A stretch of 64,000 nt of DNA from Heterodontus francisci (lineage: Eukaryota), in NCBI RefSeq assembly GCF_036365525.1, contig NC_090378.1, forward strand, positions 98,638,116 to 98,702,115. The letters run 5' to 3'. Positions 25,150-38,683 of this stretch are shown in pieces. The notes under the pieces were generated by a model. The model did no database searches. It was given only the letters and a program-made list of their open reading frames with translations, and had not been told where the DNA came from. A program made the position numbers and the translations under genes. The first letter of the stretch is position 1. Each line of letters starts with the position of its first letter.

Positions 25150-26735
25150 CACAGAAATGGGAGGCCTCTTGGGCCCTGCTCCATTCAACCAGATCATGAC
25201 GGATTTCTCTCTCAACACTATTCACCCACCTTTCACCCATATCCCTCAATATGCTGACCCAAAAATCTACCTCACGGTCTAGACATTTTGAATTAACTCA
25301 GCATTCACAGCCTTTTAGAGGTTTCAGATTTCCATGACCTTTGTGTGAACAATGAACAATTACATCCTGATTTCACACCTAAATAGCTTAGCTTTCATTT
25401 TAAGATTGTGTCACTTTTTTTCTGAATTCCCCCACCCAAGGAAATTATCTTTATTCACCCCAACAAATCAATGATAGCTCTTAAACCTGCTGAACGCAAT
25501 GAAATAAAGCTAGGTTTATGCATTCTATCCTAATAATTTAACCCACAATATCATTTCATACAATACCCCTTGCACGACCAATCTACCCATCCTGAGGTGC
25601 CCATAACTGCATGCAGCAATCCAGATAGAGGCTGACCAAGGCTGAAGCATCATTTCTCTTTTGTATACAACTTCCTTGAGGCCAACATTCCACTAGCTTT
25701 TTGATAACTAAAAGCTAGTTCAGATATTAAAAGTAATTTGTACATACACAATCTCTCCATTTATTCATATCTCCTAATCTCCCACCATTAAGAAACTAAT
25801 ACAATTCCTCTTATCCAAAAGCAGTTTACCTCACATTGAACTCTGCCACTTTTGCCTTTTTAAAAAAAATAATTCATTGATAGGATATGGGTGTCAAACT
25901 GGCTAGGACAGCATCTATTGTCCATCCCTAATTGCCCTTGGTGGTGTGCTGCCTTATTGAACTGCTGCAGTCCATACACAGTGCTGTTGTTAGGAGGAGA
26001 GTTCCAGGATTGACCCAGCGACAGTGAAGGTATGACGAGATAGTTAAGTCAGAATGGTGTGTGGCTTGGAGGTGAACTTGCAGGTGGTGGCGTTACCATG
26101 TGTCCTTCTAGGGTGGTAGGGGTTGTGTGTTTGGAAGGTGCTTTCGAAGGAGCCTTGATGAGTTTCTGTCATACATTTTGTAGATGCTGCACACTACTGT
26201 CACTGTGCATCTGTGGTGAAAAAAGAGCAAATGTGGAAGGTGGTGGATGGGGTGCTAATCAAGTAACCTGCTTCGACCTGGATGATAGATCTCTGAGTGT
26301 TTTCGGAGCTGCACTCATCCAGGCAAGTAGACAGTATTCCATCACACCCTTGACTTGTGCCTTGTAGGTGGTGGACAGGCATTGGGGAGACGGGAGGAGA
26401 GTTACTTGCTGCAGAATTCTCAGCCTCGGACTCGCTCTTGTAGCCACAGTATTTATACTCACTTAATCAGTTTATGTCCCTTTATAACTTTCTGCAGCCA
26501 TCTGCACAACTTACTGTGTCTCCTAACTTCGAGCCATCTGCAAACTTAGATGAAGGAATGGAGTTGCATGTCTATTTCATTGACGTATATGCTGAAAATT
26601 TGAGGTCCCAATACGGATACTTAAGGAGCACCAATTGTTACCTCCCACCAGTGAACAAACCCTCATTCACTCTACCTCTCATCTCCCAACCAACCAATTA
26701 CCGATCTATGGCACAAAGTTACCTCGATTTTAACC
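25150..26735 (-). mobile_element. Old CR1 fragment interrupted by a family B 3' fragment (about 25860-26458)
   Basis: CR1 3' end at about 25160. The insert translates YKAQVKGVMEYCLLAWMSAAP and has the family B tail. Confidence 0.65.
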
Positions 26736-26749
26736 AAAGAAAATAATAA

Positions 26750-27120
26750 TAACTAAGAAACAGGAGGAGGTGTAGACCATTCAGCCCTTTTGAGCCTGCT
26801 CCACCATTCAATAAGCTACCTCAATTCCAGCTTCCCACACTCTCCCCATTAATTCCTTCAGTATCCAAAAATCTATTGATCTCAGTCTTGAATATATTCA
26901 CCGATTGAACATCCACAGCCTTCAGGAGTAGAGGATTCCAAAGATTCACAACCCTCAGTGAATAAATTTTTCACCTCCGTCCCAAATGGGTGACCTCTTA
27001 TTCAGAGACTGTGATCCTCAGTTCTAGGGACAGCAGCCAGGGGAAACATCCTCCCAGCATCAATCCTGTCAAACTCCTTAAGAATTTCATCTAATTCAAA
27101 TGATATCACCTCTCATTCTT
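26750..27120 (-). mobile_element. CR1 3' end fragment
   Basis: aagaaacaggaggaggtgtagaccattcagccc...gattccaaagattcacaaccctc is the typical antisense CR1 3' end. Confidence 0.8.
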
Positions 27121-28754
27121 CAAAACCCATCTCATTCGCTAACAACCTTAAGGAAAGAAAAGATGCCAGCCGTACCTGGTCTGGCCTACATGCAACTCCA
27201 GACCCATTGCACTGTGGTTGACTCTCAACAGCCTTCTGAAATGGCCTAGCAAGTCACTCAGTTGCATCAAACTGCTACAGAAACATTGAAAAAGAATGAA
27301 ATTGGACAGACTATCTGGAATCAACCAAGGCACTGGAAACATATCAGACTCCGCTCGATCGACCCTGCAAAGTCCTCCTCACTAACATCTGGGGAGTTGT
27401 GCCAAAGTTGGGAGAGCTGTCCCACAGACTAGTCAAGCAGCAGCACATACCACACTCTCAAATCATACCTTACAGTCAATATCCCAGACTCCACCATCAC
27501 TATCCCTGGATATGTTCTGTCCCACCAAAACAGATCCATCAGGAGGTGGCAGCTCAGTGGTATACAGGTGGGAGGGAGTGGCCCTGGGAGTCCTTAACAT
27601 GCAGTCCAGACATCATGCAGTTTCATGACACAGGTCAAACATGGGCTATCAAACCTCCTGCCGATTGCCACCTACCACCCTCCCTCAGCTGATGAGCCAG
27701 TACTCCTCCATGTTGAATACCAAAAGGAGGTAACAGGTGGGGGACTTCAATGTCCACCACTACTGTATAAGCTGGCAGAGTCCTGAAGGACATATCTGCT
27801 AGACTGGGCCTGCAAGAGGGAAAGATTTACTTGACCTCATCCTCACCAGACCATGGCAGTATTGGCTGGAGAGCACATCCCTGTGGAGATGAAGTCCTGT
27901 CGTCACACTGACGATGCCCTCCAATGGGATCTAGCAGCTCAAAACTGGGCATCCATGAGGCACTGTAGACCATCAGCAGCAGAAGTGCATTCAACCACAA
28001 TCTGCAACCTCACAGCCCAGCATATTCCTCACTCTACCACGACCAGGGGATCAACCCTAATTCAATGATCATTGCAGGAGAGCATGCCAGGAACAGCACC
28101 AGGCATATCTACAAATGAGGTGCCAACCTGGTGAAATGACAACACAGAACTACATGCAAACAACAGAAGCAGCATTCAATAGTCAGAGCAAAGTGATTCC
28201 ACTACCAATAATTCAGATCACAGCTCTGCAGTCCTGCACACCCAGTTGTGATACCAATAAATGGACGAAGGCACCAGATGCAGCAAAGGCCATGGGCCTC
28301 GACAACTTTCCAGCTGTAGTACTGAAGATTTGTGCTCCAGAACTAAATGCGCCCCAAGCCAAGCTGTTCCAGTACAGCTATAATACTGGCATCTACTCGA
28401 CAATGTGGAATATTGCCAAAGTATGTCCTCGCCACAAAAAAAAGCAGGATAAATCCAATCCACCCAATCACTGCCCCATTGATCTACTCAAACCAGCAGC
28501 AAAGAGATGGAAGGCACCATTGTCAACGATATCAAGCAGTACTTATTTAACAATAATCTGCTTACCGATGCTCAGTTTGGGTTCTGCCAGGGCCGCTGGA
28601 CTCCATACCTCATTACAGTCTTGGTCCAAATATGGACAAGAGAGCTAAATTCAAGGAGGTGAGGAAAGAGTGATAGTCCTCGAGATCAAGGCAGCATTTG
28701 ACAGAATATGGAATCAAAGAACCCAGCAAAATTGAAGTCATAAGAGGCGGAGTT

Positions 28755-29704
28755 ATTGTCATTTATGGCATAGTAGGTGGCCATTCAGCCCATCAAGTCC
28801 ATGCTGACTCTCCAAGGAGTAATCCAGTCAGTCCCACTCTCCTGCAAGTTTATTTCCTTCAAGTGCACATCCAATTTCCTTTTGAAATCATAGTTTCTGC
28901 TTGCACCATCCTCATGGGCAGCGAATTGCAGGTCATTACCACTCACTGCACAAAAAGTTCTTACTCACATTCCCCCTGCATCTGTGTCCCCTAGTCCTTG
29001 TACCATCACCAGTTACTGGGAACAGTTTTTCCTCGTCTAACTTATCTAAGCCAGTCATAATCTTGTACGCCTTTATCAAATCTCCCCTCGATTGCCCTTG
29101 CTCCAGGGAGAACAACTCCAACTTTTCCAACTTAACCTTGTAACTAAAATCCTCCATCGCTGGAACCATTTGGTAAATCTCCTCTTCACCTTCTCAAGGA
29201 CACTCCCATCCTTCCTAAAATATGGTGACCAGAACTAGGCACAATACTCTAGTTGGGGGCCTAACCAGAACCTAATCAGGTTCAGCAAAACTGTTTTTGT
29301 ACTCAATTCCTCCATTTACAATGCCTCTATTTATGAAGCCCAAGATCCAATATGCTTCGCTAATCATTCTCTCAACATGTCCTGCCACCTTCAAAGATTG
29401 ATGCACATACACCCCCAGATCTTGCACACTCTTTAGAACTGCACCATTGTCTACGTTGCTTCACCCTATCCCTTCTGCCAAAATGCATCACCTCACACTT
29501 GTCAGTATTAAATGTCATCTGCTGCTTGTCTGTCTATTCTGCTAGAATATCTATGTCCTGTCGCAGGTGGCTCGTATCATCCTCGCTGTTTGCCACTCCA
29601 AGTTTGGTAATGTCAGCAAATGTTGAAATTCTACTCTGTATTCCATGATCCAAGTCATTTGTATATAGCAAAAAAAAAAAAACAGTGGTCCTACCACTGG
29701 CCCT
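28755..29704 (-). mobile_element. CR1 fragment inserted in family B LINE
   Basis: LFSLEQGQSRGDLIKAYKIM...TRGH. Confidence 0.85.
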
Positions 29705-29912
29705 TGGGAATCGGGATAAAACTCATGCACAGAAGAGGATGGTTGTGGTTTTTGGAGGCCAATCCTTTCAGCCCCTGGACATCACTGCAAAAGTTCCTCA
29801 GGGTAGTGTCCTAGGCCCAACCACCTCCAGATGCTTCAGGAATGACATTTCCTCCATTATAAAGTCAGAAGTGGGGATGCTCGCTGATGATTGCAGTGTT
29901 CAGTACCATTCA

Positions 29913-31229
29913 CCAGAATACAAGAATTAGGAGCAGAAGACGACATATGGCCCATCAAGACTGCTCTTCCATTCAAAATGATCATGGCTGATCTTAGGAT
30001 TCAACTCCACTTTCCCACCCGCCATAGCCCTCGATTCCGAGACACCAAAAATCTATATCTATCCCAGCCTTAAATGGATTAAACAATTGAGCATCCACAA
30101 CCCTCTGGGGTAGAGAATTTCAAGATTCACAACCCTTTGAATGAAGTAATTTCTCCTCATCAGTCCAACATGATCGATCCCTTATTCTGAGACTGTGCCC
30201 CTATATTTTAGATGCCCCGACCAGCAGAAATAATCTCTGTGTCTACCCTATCCAGCCCCTTTAGGATCTTATGTTTTAATGAGATCACCTCTCATTCTTC
30301 TAAACTCCAGAGAATACAGGCCCAATTTACTTAGCCGCTCATAGGACAACCCCCTCATCCCAGGTGCACTAGATTGGTCCCTTCGTTGTACCTCCAATGC
30401 AAGTATATCCTTTCTTAAATGCAGAGACCAAAACTGCACACACTACTCCAGATGTGGTCTCACTAAAACCTTGTACAATTGTTGCAATGCTTCCTTATTC
30501 TTGTGCTCCAATCCCCTTGCAATAAAGGCCAACATGCCATTTTCCTTCCTAATTGCTTGCTGTACCTGCATGTTAACTTTGTGTTCCTTGTACAAGCACA
30601 CCCAAGTCTCTTTGAACATCGACACTTACAAGTTTCATGCCTTTCAAAATATATTCTGCTTTGCTATTCTTACAACCAAAGTGAATTACTTCACACTTCC
30701 CTACATTATACTCTGTCACCTTGTTGCCCACTCACTTAACCTATCCATATCTCTCTGCAGCCTCTCAGTCATTCCCACAGCTTACCTTTCCACCTACCTT
30801 TGTATCATTAGCAATTGTAGATACATTACTCTCCATATTAATGACTTAGATGAAGAGACAGAGTGTAAAAAGCTAATGCCCCAGCACTGATCCTTGCAGC
30901 ACTCCACTATTCACTGCCTGTCAACTTGAAAATACCCATTTATGCCCACTCTTTGCTTCCTGTCCGTTAACCAATCCTCTATCCATGCTAATACAGTACC
31001 CCCAACTCCATGAGCCCTTACCTTGCCTATTCATCTTTTATATGGCACCTTATCGAATGCCTTTTGGAAATCCAAGTATACTACATCTACTAGTTCCCCT
31101 TTATCTACCCTACTAGTTACATCCTCAAAAAAAAACTCAAATTTATCAAACAGGATTTCCCTTTAGTAAAACGATGTTGACTTATTCTAATCATACTGTG
31201 AATTTCTAAGTGCATTGTTAAGACGTCCT
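29913..31229 (-). mobile_element. CR1 fragment inserted in family B LINE
   Basis: MLAFIARG..LYKVLVRPHLE; cattc duplicated at both junctions. Confidence 0.85.
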
Positions 31230-32130
31230 CATTCGAGACTCCTCAGATACTAAAGCAGTCTGTGTCCAGATGCAACAAGACCGGGACAACATTCAGACTT
31301 GGGCTGACATGTGGCAAACATTTGTGCCACAAGTGCCAGGCAATGACCATCTCCAACAAGACAGAATTGTTCCATCTCCCTTTGATGTTCACTGGCATTA
31401 CCATCACTGAATCCCCCACCATCAACATCCTGAGGTAACCATTAACCAGAAACCTAACTGGACCAGCCATATAATTACAGTGCTACCAGAACAGGTCAGT
31501 CTGGGAATTCTGCAGCAAGTAGCTCACCTCCCGACTCCCCAAAACATGTTCACCATCTACAAGGCACAAGTCAGGAGTGTGACAGAATACTCTCCACTTG
31601 CTTGGATGAGTGCAGCTCCAACAACAAGAAGTTGGATGCCATCCAGGACAAAGCAGCCTACTTCATTGCCACCCATCCACCACTGGCACAGTGGCAGCTG
31701 TGTACCATCTGCAAGATGCACTGCAGCAACTCTTACCTCCGACAGTACCTTCCAAACCAGAGACCTCTACTACCTTGAAGGACAAGGGCAGCAGACGCAT
31801 GCCACTTGCAAGTTCCCCTCCAAGCCACACACCACCGTGACTTGAAGCTAAATCGCATTTCCTTCACTGTTGCTGGGTTGAAAGCCTGGAATTCTTCCTA
31901 ACAGCACAGTGGTTCAAGAAGGTAGCTCACCATCACCTTCTCAATGGCAATTAGGGATGGGCAACAAATGCTGGCCTTTCCAACAAAGCTCACATCCCAT
32001 GAAAGAATTTAAAAAGTACTGGGAATGTGGGCCTAGTTTACTCTCTCTCTCTCCGCACAAGAAAATTTTCACATCCCAAGAATCAACCTAGTGAACCTTT
32101 GTTGCACTCCCTCAAAGTTATGTGTATCCT

Positions 32131-32478
32131 TAATGTCAGTGAACTAGTAATAAGAGACCCAGACTAATGCCCTGTGGACAGGTTCAAATTCAATTAATTT
32201 ATAAAGTAAACTAAAATTGAAAGCTAAGACTAATGACACTAAGACGATCAATTGTTGTAAAAACCCATCTGGTTCACTAATGTCCTTTAGGGAAGGAAAT
32301 CTGCCATCATTACCTGGTCTGACCTACCTGTCACGCCAGACCAACAGCAATGTGGTTGACTCTTACATGCCCTCTGAAATGGCCTAGCAAGCCACTCAGT
32401 TGTTAAGGGCAATTAGGGATGAGCAATAAATGCTGGCTTAGCCAGCGATGCCCACATCCCATGAAAGAATAAAAAAAA
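32131..32478 (+). mobile_element. tRNA-headed SINE made of the 5' and 3' ends of family B LINE
   Basis: actagtaa loop, ggttcaaat B box and family B core, fused at about 32403 to the family B tail (aagggcaattagggatg...cccacatcccatgaaagaataaaa). Confidence 0.8.
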
Positions 32479-32850
32479 TCACAAAAGGAATTGGTGCTTA
32501 AAAGGCTATCACACTATTTGCTTTCTGTACCTACATGTTAACTTGAAGTGTACAAGAACTCCCAGGTTTCTCTGAATACCAACATTTCCTAGACCCTCAA
32601 ATTAATATTCTTCTTTTCTATTGTTCCTTCCACAGTGGAAATCTTTTACTTTTGCCAATAACTTCTTGTATGGAACCTTATCAAATGCCTTTTTAAAGCC
32701 CACATAAATAGCATCCACAGACACTTCTTCATTTACCTTATTAGTGATTACCTTAAAACATTCAACTAGATTAGTCAGACATGACTTATCCTTCACAAAT
32801 GCATGCTGACTCTCTGATCAGTTCACACTTGTTCAAGTCTTCGGTCACTG

Positions 32851-33143
32851 TTTTATTTAGAGATACAGCACTGAATCAGGCCCTTCGGCCCACCGAGTCT
32901 GTGCCGACCAACAACCACCCATTTATACTAACCCTACAGTAATCCCATATTCCCTACCTACACTAGGGGCAATTTACAACGGCCAATTTACCCATCACCT
33001 GCAAGTCTTTGGCTGTGGGAGGAAACTGGAGCACCCAACAAAATCCCACGCGGTCACAGGGAGAACTTGCAAACTCCGCACAGGAAGTACCCAGAATTGA
33101 ACCCTGGAGCTGTGAGGCTGTGGTGCTAACAACTGTGCCACCC
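32851..33143 (-). mobile_element. V-SINE (HE1-like)
   Basis: Head, V-domain and tail present. Confidence 0.9.
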
Positions 33144-33519
33144 TTGATGATGCTGGCAGGGAAGCTACTGGGATCAAATTTCAACTGACAGGTTTGTCGT
33201 TTCCTGGTTTCTCCCTGCTTCTCTAAATGATAAGCAATGGAGGGGCATTTCCTATTACACAATCCAACCATACAATCCAGAATCTAGAGAATTTTGGAAA
33301 TTATATCCAACACGCCTGCAATTTCCTAATCTATTTCTTTCAATTATGTGGAGTGGAAACCATCAGGTCCTGGAGATTTATCTAATTGAAATGCAATTAT
33401 TTTCTCCATCATTATTTTACTACTTGTATTAAATCCAATAGGTTCCTCCCGATTTTTCTTAATAAAAGGTTTCCTGTATTGCCAACATGTTAATCATCTA
33501 CTATGAAAACTGATAAAGG

Positions 33520-34205
33520 CACTCCACACAAGTGCCAGGCAATGACCATCTCCAACGAGAGAATCTAACCATCTCCCCTTGATGTTCAGTGGCACTGTGG
33601 CTAAAAGAGCAGGTCAGAGGCTAGGAATCCTACGGCGAGGAACTCACCTCCTGACTCCCCAAAGCCTGTCCACCATCTGCAAGGCACATGTCAGGAGTGT
33701 GATGGAATACTCTCCACTTGCCTGGTTGGGTGCAGCTCCAACAACACTCAAGAAGAAGATCGACACCATCCAGGACAATGCAGCCCGCTTGATTGTTGGT
33801 ATATGGGGTGCCATTCACTCCCTCCACCACCGACGCAGTGGCTGCAGTGTGTACCACCTACAAGATGCACTGCACCAATGCACCCTAGACAGCACCTTCC
33901 AAACCCGTGACCTCTACCACCTAGAGGGACAAGGGCAGCAAATGCATGGGAACACCAACACCTGCAAGATCCCCTCCAAGCCACACACCATCTGACTTGG
34001 AACTATAATCACCTTTCCTCCATTGTTGCTGGGTTAAAATCCTGGAACTCCCTTCCTAACAGCACTGTGGGTGTACCTACTCCATATGGACTGCAGCGGT
34101 TCAAGAAGGCAACTCACCACCACCTTCTCAAGGGCAATTAGGGTTGGGCAATAAATGCTGGCCTAGCCAGCAATGCCCAGATCCCCACAAAAGAATTTTA
34201 AAAAA
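33520..34205 (+). mobile_element. LINE family B 3' fragment
   Basis: VRSVMEYSPLAWLGAAPTTLKK.IDTIQDNAARLI...HSLHHRR, plus tail. Confidence 0.85.
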
Positions 34206-34384
34206 CTCCGTTAACAGATCTGCAGTTACCTTACAGCTCCATTTGTCTCACCTGCATCTGTCTTTAAAGGCCCACATTCTCTCTCACCATACTCACTCAA
34301 TATATTTAGAAAAAAAACTTTTACTGTTAACTTTGACAGCTCTTTCAAGTTTTTTGTTCCACATTCCTTTTTGCACAGCTTATT

Positions 34385-34608
34385 ACCTTGAAAGAAGGCA
34401 CTTGAAGCTTTCAGAACCTCAGCATGACCCAAAGCAACATACAGCCAATCAGGTACATTTGAAGTGTGGTCATTGTTATAATGCAGGGAAACACAGCAGG
34501 CTCCCAAGCATACAGCAATGAGATAGTGACCAGATAATCTGTTTTGGTTGGTTGAGGGATAAATATTGGCCAGGACACCAGCAAGAACACTTCTGCTCTT
34601 CAAATAGT
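34385..34608 (-). mobile_element. DeuSINE 3' half
   Basis: Antisense of gtcctggccaatatttatccctcaacc...cagattatctggtcactatc. Confidence 0.75.
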
Positions 34609-35032
34609 GTCAAGAAAACTTATGCAACAGGACTCTCGCCACTGACTTTGACTGAGTCATAACCAGAGGAGTTTGCACTACATCAGTGAACCAAGTAATA
34701 GAACACCGGACCTGCACCGCTGTCATAAATTCCTCCCGTAAAACCAAGGAAGTTTCAAAGTGAACTCTCTTTACAACAAAGAGGACTTAAATGCATGCTA
34801 CCCTTCAATTCCTATCGCTTCTTGCTTGTGTGCGTGAGAGAGTAGGTGAGGTTGCGAATATTTTTTCTGGTATTGTTTACTAAATAGTTTAACTTTTAAT
34901 CCTACGAGAAAACCTGTTTTTTGTTTGACATCAAACACTCAAACTAAATTTTTTTTTTTAATAAAGAAAGCATCTTATGATCTATTGAGGTGAAAACTGG
35001 AAGTCATCCACCCCATCTCCCAACTCTCTAAC
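34607..35032 (+). mobile_element. Possible solo LTR
   Basis: Starts tgt where the DeuSINE breaks off, ends taaca, internal aataaa. No partner LTR or TSD confirmed. Confidence 0.3.
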
Positions 35033-35599
35033 ACTCCTTTCTCTCTACTTCAACTATCGTTAGTTTTCCAATCACAACAATTATTCAGAGAAAAGAAAAA
35101 GTGATACATGCTAAAAAAAAAGCAGCACTGAAGTCTACAATGTTTCCACACGTTGACTCATACAACAGCTATCTTCAGTTGTTCGCTGCATTGAAACAGT
35201 TTCCATGGTTACAGATTTATGCTGTAATAGATCATAAGGTCACCAGCACGATATACAGGACAAAAGTCACTGGAATTTATTGCTTTTTTAAAAAATCTGT
35301 GTAGCAAAGAAATGAAGTATACTTGAGCAGTTATATGTTGTAAAGCCAATGGAATATTTCACTTATGGAAACTCTCATCACTGATTACATTTCACAGGGG
35401 CTTCAATGCCAATGTTCAGTTAGAGAACCGCAAGTTTTACTTGATAATGATACTCAATACTACCAAGACTTTTGATACAATTGCCATAAACAAAGAAGAG
35501 GGACTGAGAGTGGAAATGACCTCTACTGCTGCAGTGACTTACATATATATGTATGAGTGTCTAGTGTGTTAGTGTGTCAAGTTAAAAATCTTACTAAGT

Positions 35600-35990
35600 A
35601 GTTTGACTAGAGAAGTTGGGATCATTCTCTTATGAGCAAAGAAGGTTAAGGGGAGATTTGATAGAGGTGTTATGACACAGCAAATAGTGTTGGTAACCAG
35701 ATGACATTTTAAATAATTGCAAACATTCTGGCAGGGGTTAGGGGGCGCAGTTGTAGGAGAATGAGAATTTGACTAACCGCTGCAAGTTATGGTCTGGAAT
35801 CCATTGTCCAAAGTTGGTGGGAGCCAATTCAGTCATAACTTTCAAAGGGGAATTGGCCATATACTTGAAAAAGAAAAATTTTCAGGGCTATGGGGAAAGA
35901 ACAGGGAGTAAAACTAATTGGCCATTTCACTCAAAAACCTGGCGTGGCTATGATGGGCCAAATGGCCTCTTCTTGTGCTGTATGATTCTA
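35600..35990 (+). mobile_element. CR1 3' end fragment
   Basis: gaaggttaaggggagatttgatagaggtg...tgatgggccaaatggcctcttcttgtgctgtatgattcta. Confidence 0.75.
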
Positions 35991-37498
35991 CGAAAACTGG
36001 AGGTGCATTATCTTTAGTGGAGCCATGTGGAGATGGACAGCAGCAAGTGCTTGGTGGTGGGGTAGAGGTGGGTTTGGAGATGGGGGCATGGAGGAGAACC
36101 CTGCTTACCATGAAACTAGTGTAATGCTTTGACAATAGATTTGCCAGTTTTTCTCCCTCTGCCCAAAAGGTCAACTCCTTCTGTGACACGTTTCCATGTG
36201 GCTTTGAGGCACTTCTCCAAAGCAGCTATTTGCGTCTGAGCCAGGACGGTGAATGCTTGCAGCCTAATTGACCGCACCAAGAGGGGACGGAGGAAGCATG
36301 AGGAAGATCAGCAACACACACACAAATCAGGAGCAAGGACCAAGGCCACTTTTGCCCTTCCTAATCAGAGGGTAGGTGAAGCCAATTGTGGCAACCTCAC
36401 CACCACGCCATCTGAGACTAACTAACATAGCACAGAATGAGAACTGAATCTGGAACCTTCCTGGTCTGTATATCTCACAATTATTCACCGTCTTCAACAG
36501 CTGAAACACCAGGGGAATTGCTGGACAAAAAGTTCACCTTTTGCCATCTTGGCAATTGCATAATAAAACAATAATGGAATTTTTGACTAAATCATAGCAA
36601 TCAATCTCCATCAATAAGTCTACAACAGACCCAGCCGCGATGTGAGGAAAACCCCCAGTGGTAGAGTGCTTTGGGAACCATAGATCCTAAGTCACCTTTA
36701 CCTTCCCAAGCATTCTATGCTGACTACATTATGTGCTGCAAAATACTCACATAAATGTATCCCAAAATGCTGACCATGTCACAATATGACTTTTGTTTTA
36801 ATAAAGACAGAAATAATTTTTGTCCCAAACACCAGTGGAGCTTTCCTCTAAAAAGGTGAGCATTCATCTACAAGTCTACTGCACCTGTGACTTAAGTGCA
36901 GCATTGCATAAAACAAATATTTTTGCTTTTTTAAAATTTGAACTCAAATATTGATACAGGCAGATTAACAAAATATCACAAAATTAGTAAAATGCATATG
37001 ATTAGTAAAATAAGCACTACTAGTTATATTTCAACAATGGCCTAAGCATTTAATCAACAAACGATGAAGCCATGAATGAGTTGTGAAAGTCAGATTACCC
37101 TTTGGAAAAAAAAAATCAACAGATAGGCAGCGGATAAGCTGTTATATACCATGATCACTTTTATTACATAATAGACATTTCTAAATGTATGATGCGGGTG
37201 GATCTCCCATAGCATTAGTTATAGTGAGTCTGGGCATAGAGTAGCAGTTGAAGTGTTGCGATGAAGGACAGTGAAATAAGTGGATTGTGGACAATGAGGA
37301 AGTGTTTTTTGATTGGTTCTGGGAAATTTGATCAGAGAATTTTTTTTTTTAAAAAGCCTACTTGTTAAAGCAAAAACAAACATATATGGGCAATCTAAAA
37401 TAAACACAAACTGTTGTAAGCACTCAGATCAGGCAGCATCTATGAACAGAAGGCGGCAAGATTGATGTTTAGGTTGCAGACTTAGATCAGAACCCTCC

Positions 37499-37942
37499 TA
37501 GGCTTACGAACTCTGGCTTGGGTGCATTACTGGAGACTTCATCACATGACCTTCCACCTCAGAGCTATCCAGCCCCATCCCACTTTCCAGCCCCTAGCTT
37601 GTAGCCCTGTAGTTACAGTGCTTCAAGTTGTAGGGAAGTGACTAGAATTCTACCCCTACACTCCTGCCACTGATCCATCCAAGTGCACTGCTTTTCCAAG
37701 CCAATTAGAAAGCAATTAAGACTCGTTACACAATTGGATTAACCTTGACTGTCAGTCAAACACTTCTCTCTCTTCCCCCATCCCCAATATTTTTTACAAC
37801 ATTTAAATGTGTTCAAACAAGATGCAATGAACACAATTAACAGCTCAATGATTTTTCTCCCAGGTTGCTTGTAGCAGTGTCCTGGAGATTAATCTTCAAT
37901 TCCTGCAGATCCCAGAACAATCCTGGAGGGTTGGCAACCCTA
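37499..37942. mobile_element. hAT-like MITE inserted in an old Penelope-end hairpin (arms about 37390-37495 and 37943-38000)
   Basis: Right TIR gttggcaacccta; degenerate left TIR taggcttacgaac. The flanks resemble the two orientations of the Penelope end. Confidence 0.5.
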
Positions 37943-38267
37943 TACTCTGCAGAGATGCTATCTGACCTGCTTACTGTTTCCACTGATTTTTCTTTTCAAG
38001 ACATTTTGCTTGCTCATATCATACGCTCTCCAGGCATTGACTCATTTGTTGTGTAGATAAAGCCACTCATGGTTTGTGTATTCCTGCTGCTGACCTTCAT
38101 TTTGACCCCTAGGCTCTGGCTTCACAATGGACAGGAACCCTGCAGCATAGTGGAGAGAAGTCTGTACACATACTGTGCGTTCACACTATAATTATCAAAA
38201 ATATGGCAATTAAAAAAAAAAGTTGCAGACATGGTTGTTTAGCTCCCATCCACAAGTTGTTGTTATG

Positions 38268-38683
38268 TCAGCTTGGCTCAATTGAGAGCACACTGTCCTC
38301 CAAGTCAGAATTTGTTGGTTCAAACTCAATACCAGGTCTGGCTACATAACCTGCCTGACACTCCCGTACAGGGAATACTGCTTTGGTAGAGACATCCTCC
38401 TTTGAAGGCGATGTTAAATCAGAGCCTCAGGTGGACGTTAAAGATCCTATGGCTCTATTTGGAGAGTAGGAAGAGGTTCTCCCAGTGGCCTGGCTAACAT
38501 TCCACAACCATCATAAAGCAGATCAGCTGGTCAATCACCACATTGTTATTTGCGAGATGCAGGTGCTGCAGAATAGCTTCTGTATCTGCCTACATAACAG
38601 TCGTTACACTTTCAAGTATTTCATTTTATGAGATCCTTGAGGTTATTTTCACACAAGAATCTATAACAATGCAAGAATTTCTT
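38268..38683 (+). mobile_element. DeuSINE, full length, decayed
   Basis: Head cttggctcaattg...ggttcaaac; Deu domain caggtggacgttaaagatcctatggc; tail aatgcaagaatttctt. Confidence 0.75.

Larger units (their letters stand above)
27120..32015 (+). mobile_element. LINE family B, near-complete copy in three pieces (27120-28740, 29705-29912, 31230-32015)
   Basis: PKLGELSHRLVKQQ (endonuclease start), KLFQYSYNTGIY, VPQGSVLGP, LADD, YKAQVRSVTEYSPLAWMSAAP; tail caattagggatgggcaacaaatgctggcc. Confidence 0.8.
32065..34370 (-). mobile_element. Old CR1 fragment hosting three younger insertions
   Basis: KSCLTNLVE, DAIYVGFKKAFDKVP at 32602-32796; pieces continue at 33143-33520 and 34205-34370. Confidence 0.65.

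Noticed and set aside
35914-36230. RGS-like exon (SQKELTFWAEGEKLANLLSKHY, donor atg|gtaag)
   Set aside because: The resemblance is superficial, the acceptor lacks a pyrimidine tract, and no other RGS exons were found.
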